Source: Promethearchaeota archaeon
Lineage (GTDB): Archaea; Asgardarchaeota; Lokiarchaeia; Sigyniarchaeales; SOKP01
Direction: 5' to 3'
Assembly (NCBI GenBank): GCA_019058445.1
Contig: JAHPZA010000006.1
Location: 1,164,943 to 1,228,942, forward strand
DNA length: 64,000 nucleotides
The translations under genes were made by a program, and so were the position numbers. Of the stretch, positions 39,584-48,784 are shown in pieces; the first letter of the stretch is position 1; each line of letters begins with the position of its first letter. A model generated the notes under the pieces. The model ran no database searches. It was not told the DNA's origin and saw only the letters and a program-made list of their open reading frames with translations.

Positions 39584-42340
39584 TTGAGTATGATTGACTT
39601 CAAGAATTTACCACAGATACATGATCCACAAAAAATTGAGAAAGATATATATGAATGGTGGGAATCACAAGGATATTTCCGACCTGAAAAACAACGAGAA
39701 TTAGGGCTAGTAAATGAAAGCAGTCCTCGTTTTTGTATTACACTTCCTCCTCCAAATGTAACAGGAGTGCTACATCTAGGTCACGCAATTGTATTAACAA
39801 TTGAAGATCTGATGACTCGTTATGAGCGTATGAACCAAAGAGAAACTCTCTTTCTTCCAGGAACGGATCATGCAGGGATAGCTACGCAAAATGTAGTCGA
39901 GAGGGAATTAGATAAGAAAGGAATAAATCGGAAAAAGCTAGGAAGAACAAAATTTGTTGAGGAAGTATGGAAATGGAAAGATCGTTGTCAGGTAACCATT
40001 AGAGAGCAATCAAAAGGCATGGGATCTTCTTGCGATTGGACACGTGAAAGATTTACAATGGATGAGGAGTACAGTTTAGCAGTAAGAACTGCGTTTGTAC
40101 GACTATATCAAAAGCAGTTGATATATAGAGGAAAATATATGGTAAATTGGTGTCCGGGAAGGTGCGAATCGGCTATCTCTAACCTCGAAGCCGAACCTGA
40201 AGAGCATGAAAGTAATCTATGGTATTTAAAATATCCTATAAAAAATAAAAATTGGAAAGGACCAAGAGCAGAATGGGCTTCTGGAAAATGGGCTGAAGGA
40301 GCAAATGAATTCATAGAATTGGCAACTACCAGACCAGAGACATTATTAGGTGATACAGGAGTAGCAATCGCGCTAAACCACCCAGAATATTCAAAACTTG
40401 AAGGAAAAATGGCAATTCTACCGGTTTTAGGGCGGGAAATTCCTGTTTTTGAAGATTCCTATGTCGATCCTGAATTTGGTACAGGTGCACTAAAAATTAC
40501 TCCTGCTCATGATCCGAATGATTATGAAATAGGAATTAAAAAGGGTTTGGATTTTATTACAGTCATAGATAAAACAGGTCAGATGGTACCGAAATATTCA
40601 GGGAAATATGCGAATATGGATAGGTTTGAATGTAGAGAGGAAATTGTTAAAGATTTAAAAAAAGAGGGGCTGCTTTCCAAGATCGAACCATATTCTCATG
40701 CTATAGCCCATTGTCAAAGATGTAAAACAATAGTTGAACCTCGGATATCCACTCAATGGTTTGTAAGAACGAGAAATTTAGCGAGAGAAGCTATGGATGC
40801 TGTAAAAAGTGGATTAACACAGATGATCCCCGAACGTGAGGAAAGAAGATTCTATCAGTGGATGGAAAACATACGAGATTGGTGCATTAGTCGTCAATTA
40901 TGGTGGGGGCATCAAATTCCGGTATGGTACTGTACAAATGGGCATGAAATTTGTGAATTAGAAGCCCCAACAAAATGTCCTACTTGTGGAGACAAAAAAT
41001 TAAAGCAAGATGAGGATGTGTTGGATACTTGGTTTTCTTCAGGATTATGGCCGTTTGCAACCCTCGGTTGGCCAAATCTAGAAAGTAAAGACTTCTTAAG
41101 ATACTATCCGAATAATATGCGGGAAACTGCTTATGATATTCTATTCTTTTGGGTTGCTCGAGAAATGATGCTTGGAATTGAATTAACCAAAAGAACACCG
41201 TATAATAAAGTGTTTTTTCATGGGATTATAAGAGATGAGCATGGTCAAAAAATAAGCAAATCCATGGAAAATATTGATCAATATGACCCTTTAAATATAA
41301 TTGCACAATATGGGGCCGATCCGCTGAGGTTCACGTTTATATCCAATATTATTCCAAGTAAAGATTTAAATCTTAGTTCTGGAGCCCTTAAAGCATCTAA
41401 AAACTTCTGTAATAAGATTTGGCAGTCTACCAATTTTATTTTAGGTAATCTTGACAAAATCAAAAAATTAATTCCTTTTTCAATTGATTATCCAAGAGAA
41501 AAATTAGAGATTTCAGATAAATGGATTCTTTCTAATTTTACTAAAGTATTAAAGGACGTAAATAAGTTCTATGAAGAATATGATTATCTTAATGCTGCGA
41601 GATCACTACGTTCTTTTCTTTGGGATGAGTTTTGTGATTGGTATATTGAGACTTCAAAGATTAGAATATATGATGAAAATAAAAATGATAGAAATACCCC
41701 AATTGCTATTCTATTATATATTTTAGAAAATTGCTTACGTCTTTTACATCCAATAATACCTTTTATTACAGAAGCGTTGTGGCAGAATTTACCAGATTCA
41801 GTGAGAGAGGGTCCAGCGTTAATAGTAGCTAAATGGCCCGAACTGAATGAAACTTTAATTGATGAAACAATCGAGCAGGATTTTGAATTAATTAAAAATA
41901 TAATCCATGATATTAGACGGGTGAGAAGGGATTTTAATATCAAACCTGGTTTAAAAATCCCATTAATTATTCAGCCCGGGGATAAAAAAGATTTAATTAA
42001 TAGCGCATCTTCGGAGATTGCATTATTATCTCACATAGATCCAAATAAAATCACAATTGATGCATCTCAGATACCACAAAATTCAGCGAAAATTATTCAT
42101 GAGAATGTTGTAGTATATCTTCCCTTAGAAGACATAATTAATATAAAAGTTGAAAGAGAGCGTATATCGAAACAACTTTTAAAACTTGAGGAGCAAATTC
42201 AAAAAGTTGAAAAGAAATTAGAGAGCCCTTTTTCAAAAAAAGCACCTCCAGAGCTGGTGGAATTAGAAAAGGATAATTTAACTGAATTGAAAAACAAGAA
42301 AAATTCAATTAAAGAGCAATTAGAAGTCCTTAAACAATAA
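39584..42340 (+). CDS. valS: Valyl-tRNA synthetase
   Basis: PPPNVTGVLHLGH, ATTRPET, DWCISRQLWWGH, KISKS, C-terminal coiled-coil arm. Confidence 0.96.
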   Translation: MSMIDFKNLPQIHDPQKIEKDIYEWWESQGYFRPEKQRELGLVNESSPRFCITLPPPNVTGVLHLGHAIVLTIEDLMTRYERMNQRETLFLPGTDHAGIATQNVVERELDKKGINRKKLGRTKFVEEVWKWKDRCQVTIREQSKGMGSSCDWTRERFTMDEEYSLAVRTAFVRLYQKQLIYRGKYMVNWCPGRCESAISNLEAEPEEHESNLWYLKYPIKNKNWKGPRAEWASGKWAEGANEFIELATTRPETLLGDTGVAIALNHPEYSKLEGKMAILPVLGREIPVFEDSYVDPEFGTGALKITPAHDPNDYEIGIKKGLDFITVIDKTGQMVPKYSGKYANMDRFECREEIVKDLKKEGLLSKIEPYSHAIAHCQRCKTIVEPRISTQWFVRTRNLAREAMDAVKSGLTQMIPEREERRFYQWMENIRDWCISRQLWWGHQIPVWYCTNGHEICELEAPTKCPTCGDKKLKQDEDVLDTWFSSGLWPFATLGWPNLESKDFLRYYPNNMRETAYDILFFWVAREMMLGIELTKRTPYNKVFFHGIIRDEHGQKISKSMENIDQYDPLNIIAQYGADPLRFTFISNIIPSKDLNLSSGALKASKNFCNKIWQSTNFILGNLDKIKKLIPFSIDYPREKLEISDKWILSNFTKVLKDVNKFYEEYDYLNAARSLRSFLWDEFCDWYIETSKIRIYDENKNDRNTPIAILLYILENCLRLLHPIIPFITEALWQNLPDSVREGPALIVAKWPELNETLIDETIEQDFELIKNIIHDIRRVRRDFNIKPGLKIPLIIQPGDKKDLINSASSEIALLSHIDPNKITIDASQIPQNSAKIIHENVVVYLPLEDIINIKVERERISKQLLKLEEQIQKVEKKLESPFSKKAPPELVELEKDNLTELKNKKNSIKEQLEVLKQ

Positions 42341-42353
42341 AAATCTTTCAGTA

Positions 42354-43109
42354 TTAATCGCTATTAATATCATTATCTTTATTATCGTCGGAAGCAATAT
42401 TATCAAGGCCAAGTTGGGAAACCATGATTCTCTTCATTTCTTCTTTATTTTTAGGTAATCCAAACATTTCAGCATATTTATCTGTAGTAGTTAATTCATG
42501 AGATCTTCCTTTTTTAATAGCAAAAATTAAGTCATTATCAAGAAGATATTTAACATGTTCATAAGCTCCGCTCCCTCTTAGTTTAATAACTAAAGATTTA
42601 AGAATTGGCTGTTTTAATGCGATTACTGTTAAGGTTCTTAAGTATCTCTCGGCAATTGCCCCTCCTTTCGCAAATTTTGAAACTTTTTCAATAAATTCTG
42701 TTCTAAGAGCCATTTGGAAATCCTCACCAACCTTATTTATTACGAGAGCAGTGGATCGTTCTAGATACTCGAAAGCAAGTTCATTTATCAACTCTTCAAC
42801 TTCTTTTTTTGGAATCTCCAACCTTGTGTTTAATTCTTCAATACTTAAAGATCTACCCGAAACATAAAGAGAAGCTTCAATAAGATTTTTATGATAGTCT
42901 TTCACTTGTCTTGCAATCAGCTCTTTATCTGTTTCAACTGAATCCGATATAAGGCTTGTATTTTTATCATCGCTAATTTCGGTTTCATTAATTTCTTCAA
43001 TAGTTTCATCAGTTGTTTCCATACTTAGTTCATTAACCTCATCTTCTGGAGGTATTTCATTATCTTTCTTTTCAGAATCATCTTTTATTTCCTCATTAAA
43101 CTCATCCAT
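42354..43109 (-). CDS. scpB: SMC-Scp complex subunit ScpB (kite)
   Basis: IEASLYVSGRSL, TLTVIALKQPI, RGSGAYEHVK, TTDKYAEMFGL; acidic N-terminal tail. Confidence 0.92.
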   Translation of the reverse strand: MDEFNEEIKDDSEKKDNEIPPEDEVNELSMETTDETIEEINETEISDDKNTSLISDSVETDKELIARQVKDYHKNLIEASLYVSGRSLSIEELNTRLEIPKKEVEELINELAFEYLERSTALVINKVGEDFQMALRTEFIEKVSKFAKGGAIAERYLRTLTVIALKQPILKSLVIKLRGSGAYEHVKYLLDNDLIFAIKKGRSHELTTTDKYAEMFGLPKNKEEMKRIMVSQLGLDNIASDDNKDNDINSD

Positions 43110-43137
43110 ACACAATCATCCTCTCTTTTGAATTTTT

Positions 43138-44136
43138 TTATTTCATACTAATTGAGATATCTTTGAACTCATCTGCTTGAAAAAGAGTTAATTTATTTCC
43201 AGTACTTAAAAACATTAATGCTAAAAACATTCTTACAAATGCAAATTTCCTCCCGATAGTACTTTCTTCTTCATTTTTTATTATATGTAATAGATCAAAA
43301 AAACTAGAATCTTTATTATTTAAATTAATCGTAGCTTTTATTCGATTATACCAACTTTCATGTAATTCCTCAACAGTTTGTTCTTTTCCGCTTATATGTT
43401 TTAAGAGTTCTTTGGGTAATTTCGCTTGAGATAACCTTCTCAGACGTTTTTGCTTTTGTTCTTCTTGTCTTAAGCGTCTCCTCCTTAATTTTTCTTTCTT
43501 TTGCATGGTTTCAATAATTGCAGCTCTCATAGCCTCAAATAATTCATCTTTAGTTGCTATTTGCATTTTAGGGCTAATTGGTTGAGGTAATGACTTAGGA
43601 ATTGTTCTTGAATGACGTTGTCTCAATTTTTCGAGTTCTTCCATCTTTTGAATTTGTTCCTCCTCTCGAATTATGCTAGAGATTTTAAAATGGTGCAAAT
43701 TTGCTGCCGTTCTTAATGCTATTCCAGAAATCTTGTAATTTATGAGCTCTTCTTCAAGCATATGATCAAAAAATTTATCTACTAATGCTGAGAGATCATA
43801 AAATGCGACTTGAGAATCTTTAGCTAAGTCAAGATCCAGTAATACCCTATATTTTGGTTTTTGCCAAAACTTTGGTTCAGCCTTGTCCCTTTGTATAAGA
43901 GGGGATTCTTCATCCTCTTCTTCAAAACCAGCAATTAATTCCTCTTCTAATTCTTCTTCTTGGGTTCGATCTACGAAATCGGGACTAGTTACTACGCCTT
44001 TTACTAACTCAACTATATCCTTCTTTTTCGCTTTTGATGGAATTTTAATATTGTTTTTATTACAAAATTCTCTTAACTGCTTAACTGTCCATTTATTAAA
44101 ATCAGTTTTTTCATTGATTTTTTCTTGATCTGAAAT
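43138..44136 (-). CDS. scpA: Kleisin ScpA with N-terminal HeH/SAP-like module; inferred ATT start
   Basis: Frame is open for 125 codons upstream of the ATG at 43761, up to ATT at 44136 behind SD AAGGTGA; in-frame TGA three codons earlier; kleisin motifs DLSALVDKFF...ISGIALRTAA and FLALMFL...Q.DEF.DI; lies between smc and scpB. Confidence 0.85.
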   Translation of the reverse strand: MSDQEKINEKTDFNKWTVKQLREFCNKNNIKIPSKAKKKDIVELVKGVVTSPDFVDRTQEEELEEELIAGFEEEDEESPLIQRDKAEPKFWQKPKYRVLLDLDLAKDSQVAFYDLSALVDKFFDHMLEEELINYKISGIALRTAANLHHFKISSIIREEEQIQKMEELEKLRQRHSRTIPKSLPQPISPKMQIATKDELFEAMRAAIIETMQKKEKLRRRRLRQEEQKQKRLRRLSQAKLPKELLKHISGKEQTVEELHESWYNRIKATINLNNKDSSFFDLLHIIKNEEESTIGRKFAFVRMFLALMFLSTGNKLTLFQADEFKDISISMK

Positions 44137-44167
44137 AGTATCTCACCTTTTGCTTAAAATTTTTAGA

Positions 44168-47100
44168 TTAATTTTCCACTTTAGGAGGGACATCTTCTAA
44201 TTCCAACAATCTTTTCGCTTCTTCTTCTAAATCGACACTGAAAATATCTGTAATGCCCGATTGTTGCATAGAAACTCCGTAAATACGGTCTGCATTCACT
44301 ATATTTTCTTCTCTATGACTAATTACAAGGAATTGTGCCTGATCAGAGAATTCTTGTATTACAGTGCTAACGCGGTGAACATTCGGTCCATCAAGTGCCG
44401 CATCGATCTCATCCATTATATAAAATGGTGCGGGGTAAAATTCTTGGACGGCAAAGATAAAAGATAAAGCTACTAAGGTTTTCTCACCTCCGCTAAGAAT
44501 CTCCAATGAGGAGATCTTTTTTCCTCGAGGACGAGCTTCGATAGATATACCCCCTTCAAATGGTTTATCCGGTCTGTCAAGTATCATTTTAGCTGAGCCC
44601 CCAGGGGAGAGTTTCTGGAACACAGCACTAAACACTCTATTGATCTCATGATAAGCTGTCATAAATGTCCTTGTCTTTTCCAATTCTATCTTGTCTATCG
44701 CATCCAAAATAGACTTTCTTTCGCGCTGTATAGTCTGTCTGCGCATATCAATTTCATCGAATCTCTCCTTAACGGTATCATATTGTTCGATTGCTTTTAA
44801 ATTAACGGGCTCTAAGGCTCTTTTCTTTTTATTCGCAAGTGACATATCAGATTGTAATCCTTCCTCCGATAAATCCTCGGTTAAGGGGGGTAAGGTTCCA
44901 TAATCTTTAGATCTCTCGTATAGTGTTTCTATTTGATCTGCACAAATAATTTTTTTTGATTCATAATTATTCTTTTTAGAATTTTCCATAGAACGATCCG
45001 ATTTTAAATCAGTAATAACTTTTTGGTAATTTTTTTGTTTTTTCCATGATTCATCCTTTTCATTTATTAATTTATCAATTTCCTGTTGTTTCTCATCCTT
45101 TTTCTTAGTTTCTTCAATTAACTGATAATCAATTTTTTCTATTTCTTTTACTGTTAATTCTACTTGATTTTCAGTGTTTTTGATATCTTCATTATATATA
45201 ATGATTTGTTCTTCTCTTTCTTTATTTTTATGAATTTCATTTAGTTTTCCTTGGGTTTTTTGCAAGTTTTTATTAAATTTGTTTAAATTTTGTTGCGCTG
45301 TTTTTTGAGCCTCCAATTCTTTTTCTTTTTCTCCTCGAAAGGTATCAATAATTTTTTGGATTTCATCTATGTTTTTTTGAATTTCTTCAACTTCAGAATT
45401 AAAGGTTTGTATATTTTTATGACTCTCTTCAATATTTTTATTGGCATCCATGTTTTCCTTAGTTATTTCTTCGATGGAATTAATAATTCTCATAACATTA
45501 TCTAGTGCTCTTAGTTTATCCCTTATCTCTTCTAATTTTTTGTTTTCTTCATCAATTTCTTTTTGTATGTTTTCAATAATTTCCCAGAATTTTTCTTTAT
45601 TTCCCGCAAGATTTTGAATTTCTTTATCTAAGGAGGTTAAATCTAATTCTACTTTATTTATACTCCCTTCTGTGAGAAGGATTTGAGCTTTTTTCTCCTC
45701 ATTATTTTTATTTAAATTATTTATGCTATTGTCTAATTCATTAATATTTTCATATAAATTTTGAATCCCCTGAAGCTCCTGAAGTTTTTCTTGAATATTA
45801 TCATACTCCTTTTGAGCTTTATCAATCTCATCTTGAATCTCAGATATCTCTTTCCAATAATTATCTTTAATATTTTTTAATTCATTTATATCATTATTAA
45901 TTTGTTCGAGATCACTTCCTTTTTCATTTATGCTGGCATTTCTCTCATTAATTTCGAGGGTATATTTTTCAATCCTCTCATTGATCTCCTTAATTCTTTT
46001 ATCAACCTCCTCCAGTCTTTTGTTTGAGATGGTAAGATTCTCGGTATCATGTGTTTTTTTAAGATTAATTTCCGTTAAATTTTTCTCAACCTCAGTTAAA
46101 TCATCCTCTTGAGTTTTAATGCTACTAGAAATTTCTTCCATTTGTTTGTAAAGTTCTTGAGATTTTGACATGGTTAGTTTTCTTAGGGAGATATGGACAT
46201 TTTCTAATATTTCCATTAAATCCATAACAAAAGCATCAAAATTGGAGGTCGATTCATGTACTGCCACATCAGCAGATTCTTTAACTTTACTAATAAGGTG
46301 TGTTATTGTGGAGTCCGCATTATCTGTAAATAAAGTTAACGTTTGTAATATCGAGTCAAGCATGTTTGACATTTCAGCCATTTCTTCACTCTCACTACTA
46401 ACGCTCTCCATAGTTTTCATTATATCAATAATATCTAACACGAATTTTTTAAAATCTTCGGCAGAAGTTTCAATAGCTTCAGCATTAGACTGTTGTATAT
46501 TGGCCTTAATAGATTCTACTGATACGTTTATATTTTGAGTGAGCATGTTTAAAATTTGAAGTATTCCGGTTACATCGTCTTTACTTTTATCATACTCTTC
46601 CTCTGAATTTTCTATCTTTTTTAAAAGAGCTTCTTTTTCTTTTGTAAGCTCATCTAAACGTCTTTGGATATTCTCTTTTTTAATGATAAATGTCTCTGAA
46701 TCTTTCTCAGATTTTGAAATATTAGTATTTAAGCTACTTACACTTAAATCTAAATTACGTTTCTCGCGCTCTAAATTAGTTAATTCTTTCTTAAATATTT
46801 TTAATTCAGTATTCATATTAGAAATCTTGCCTTGATTATCAATAATCTCGGCATCAATAGCCTCTTTTTTTAAATTTAGTAACTCTAAATTTTGTTCATT
46901 CTTTCGATAAGCAGAATCTTCATCTTTGGATTTCTTTTTTAAATCGCTTAAGTTTTTAAGGATATTTTCCTTTTCATGTAGGAGAGCCTTTACAATTTCC
47001 TCTATTTCTTTACCCTTGCTCAATTCCTCGATCTTTTGGATAGTTCTTTCTTTTTTTTGGTTTGCCTTTTTAATACTTTCATTATTCATCTTAATTTCAG

Positions 47101-48622
47101 TAGTTAATGAAGATAATGTCGATTTTAAATCAGTTAACTTAGAGTTTAAAGCAGTTTTTTTGGTTTGAACCAAATTAATATCATTTTCCAGATTTCTCTG
47201 TTTCAGATTTTCATCTGAGATTTTAACTTTAAGCTGCTCAATTTTTGTTTTAATTTCATTTTCAATATTTATAGTAGCTTTTCTTGCTTCTTCTATACTT
47301 TCATGATCTCCTTTTAATGATTCTAATTCAACCTCTAATTTTTCTTTTTTAATTTCATTCTTTTTTATATTATCTTTAAGCACCTTAATTTTTGATTCAT
47401 TAGATGAAATATTTTGTTTCACTTTTGATATCTCTGAGTTGAACTTAGATTTTTCATCTTCATTACTTTTAATTTTATTATCTAGTTCTGCTTGATTTTG
47501 TTGTCGTTTTTCAATTTCCTTTTTTGCCTCTTCAATTCTATTTTCTATTTCAGCGATATCTTTCGTTACATCTTCTATTAGGGAGTCAAATGTCTGACCC
47601 TCTTCGAGTTTCATTAAAAGTTTTTCTAATTGTTCTTTATCAATAGTTAATTTCTCAATTGACTTTTTTGCAATGCTCAAGGTTGTCTGGTTTGATGATA
47701 ATTCAGTTTTTGTTTGGGTGATAGCTTCATTTAACTCTTCTCTTTCTTTTTCTTTAACATTTATGTTACTTTGTATATTATCCATAACCAGGGATTCTTG
47801 TTTTAATAGTTCTTCTTGTCTCGTAATTTTTTCTTCAAATTCTTCCAATACTTTATTAACATCTTCAATTTTCCTATCTAATTCTTCTTCTTCTTTCTGA
47901 TATTGTGCAATTTTTAAAGCAAGTAACTGAGCATTATAAAAATTAATTTTATCATCAAGTTCTTTCCATGCTAAGGCGTCATTTTTCTCTTTTTCAACTT
48001 TTTTTAGTTGAGTAGATACCTCCTTAAAGATTGCTTCGAATTGTCCCAAATCTCGTTCAGCTTTTTCTAACTCTTTCAAGGTAGAATCTTTCATTTCGTC
48101 ATATTTTTGGAGGCCAATTAATTCTTCGATAAATTTACGTCTATCCTCTGAATTCATATGAGTTAATTCAACTATCTTCCCTTGTAATACAAATTGATTG
48201 CTACCATCAGGATCAACATTTGCAGTTGCCAACGCATTAAGAATTTGTTGTCTTGTTGCCTTTTTTTCATTCATTTTATATCCCCCACCTCCGCCCCTTT
48301 TAATGATTCTGGTAATTGTAAAATCCCCATCACTACCACCTGGAAAAATTCCATCTGAATTGTCAAAATGTATAGTAACCGAAGCGCGATTAGAAGGGTT
48401 CTTTCCTCTTGAACCTGCAAATATTAAATCTTCTAAACTTTTTGCACGCATTGTTTTTTTACTTAATCTCCCTAATGCAAAACATAAGGCATCAATAATG
48501 TTGGATTTTCCAGCACCATTCGGTCCTACTATGCAGGTAAACCCACTTGAAAGTTTAATTGTAACCGTCCGATCTCCAAAGCTTTTAAACCCACTCATGG
48601 ACACTTTTTTAATATAGGTCAG
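44168..48622 (-). CDS. smc: SMC ATPase with non-canonical hinge region; inferred CTG start
   Basis: (M)TYIKKVSMSGFKSF behind SD GAGGAG; GPNGAGKSN, QG Q-loop, PVNLKAI, LSGGEK, DEIDAALD, ISH. Confidence 0.93.
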   Translation of the reverse strand: MTYIKKVSMSGFKSFGDRTVTIKLSSGFTCIVGPNGAGKSNIIDALCFALGRLSKKTMRAKSLEDLIFAGSRGKNPSNRASVTIHFDNSDGIFPGGSDGDFTITRIIKRGGGGGYKMNEKKATRQQILNALATANVDPDGSNQFVLQGKIVELTHMNSEDRRKFIEELIGLQKYDEMKDSTLKELEKAERDLGQFEAIFKEVSTQLKKVEKEKNDALAWKELDDKINFYNAQLLALKIAQYQKEEEELDRKIEDVNKVLEEFEEKITRQEELLKQESLVMDNIQSNINVKEKEREELNEAITQTKTELSSNQTTLSIAKKSIEKLTIDKEQLEKLLMKLEEGQTFDSLIEDVTKDIAEIENRIEEAKKEIEKRQQNQAELDNKIKSNEDEKSKFNSEISKVKQNISSNESKIKVLKDNIKKNEIKKEKLEVELESLKGDHESIEEARKATINIENEIKTKIEQLKVKISDENLKQRNLENDINLVQTKKTALNSKLTDLKSTLSSLTTEIKMNNESIKKANQKKERTIQKIEELSKGKEIEEIVKALLHEKENILKNLSDLKKKSKDEDSAYRKNEQNLELLNLKKEAIDAEIIDNQGKISNMNTELKIFKKELTNLEREKRNLDLSVSSLNTNISKSEKDSETFIIKKENIQRRLDELTKEKEALLKKIENSEEEYDKSKDDVTGILQILNMLTQNINVSVESIKANIQQSNAEAIETSAEDFKKFVLDIIDIMKTMESVSSESEEMAEMSNMLDSILQTLTLFTDNADSTITHLISKVKESADVAVHESTSNFDAFVMDLMEILENVHISLRKLTMSKSQELYKQMEEISSSIKTQEDDLTEVEKNLTEINLKKTHDTENLTISNKRLEEVDKRIKEINERIEKYTLEINERNASINEKGSDLEQINNDINELKNIKDNYWKEISEIQDEIDKAQKEYDNIQEKLQELQGIQNLYENINELDNSINNLNKNNEEKKAQILLTEGSINKVELDLTSLDKEIQNLAGNKEKFWEIIENIQKEIDEENKKLEEIRDKLRALDNVMRIINSIEEITKENMDANKNIEESHKNIQTFNSEVEEIQKNIDEIQKIIDTFRGEKEKELEAQKTAQQNLNKFNKNLQKTQGKLNEIHKNKEREEQIIIYNEDIKNTENQVELTVKEIEKIDYQLIEETKKKDEKQQEIDKLINEKDESWKKQKNYQKVITDLKSDRSMENSKKNNYESKKIICADQIETLYERSKDYGTLPPLTEDLSEEGLQSDMSLANKKKRALEPVNLKAIEQYDTVKERFDEIDMRRQTIQRERKSILDAIDKIELEKTRTFMTAYHEINRVFSAVFQKLSPGGSAKMILDRPDKPFEGGISIEARPRGKKISSLEILSGGEKTLVALSFIFAVQEFYPAPFYIMDEIDAALDGPNVHRVSTVIQEFSDQAQFLVISHREENIVNADRIYGVSMQQSGITDIFSVDLEEEAKRLLELEDVPPKVEN

Positions 48623-48784
48623 AATTAGATCTCCTCTTATTCCATAGTTATTAAAAATATAGAAAAATGCAAGTTTAAATCTTTTTTTTTTAATTCGAAA
48701 ATAAGTTAATTTTCAGTTACTTAATTTTTTTAATAATAAAAACCTTTAATCTCATCAAAAAAAAAAATAATTGGAATTTTTTAG

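Noticed and set aside
43761-44150. Frameshift or TGA readthrough as the source of the ScpA N-terminus
   Set aside because: The frame is continuous up to an ATT at normal SD spacing, so no recoding is needed; no SECIS-like element recognised
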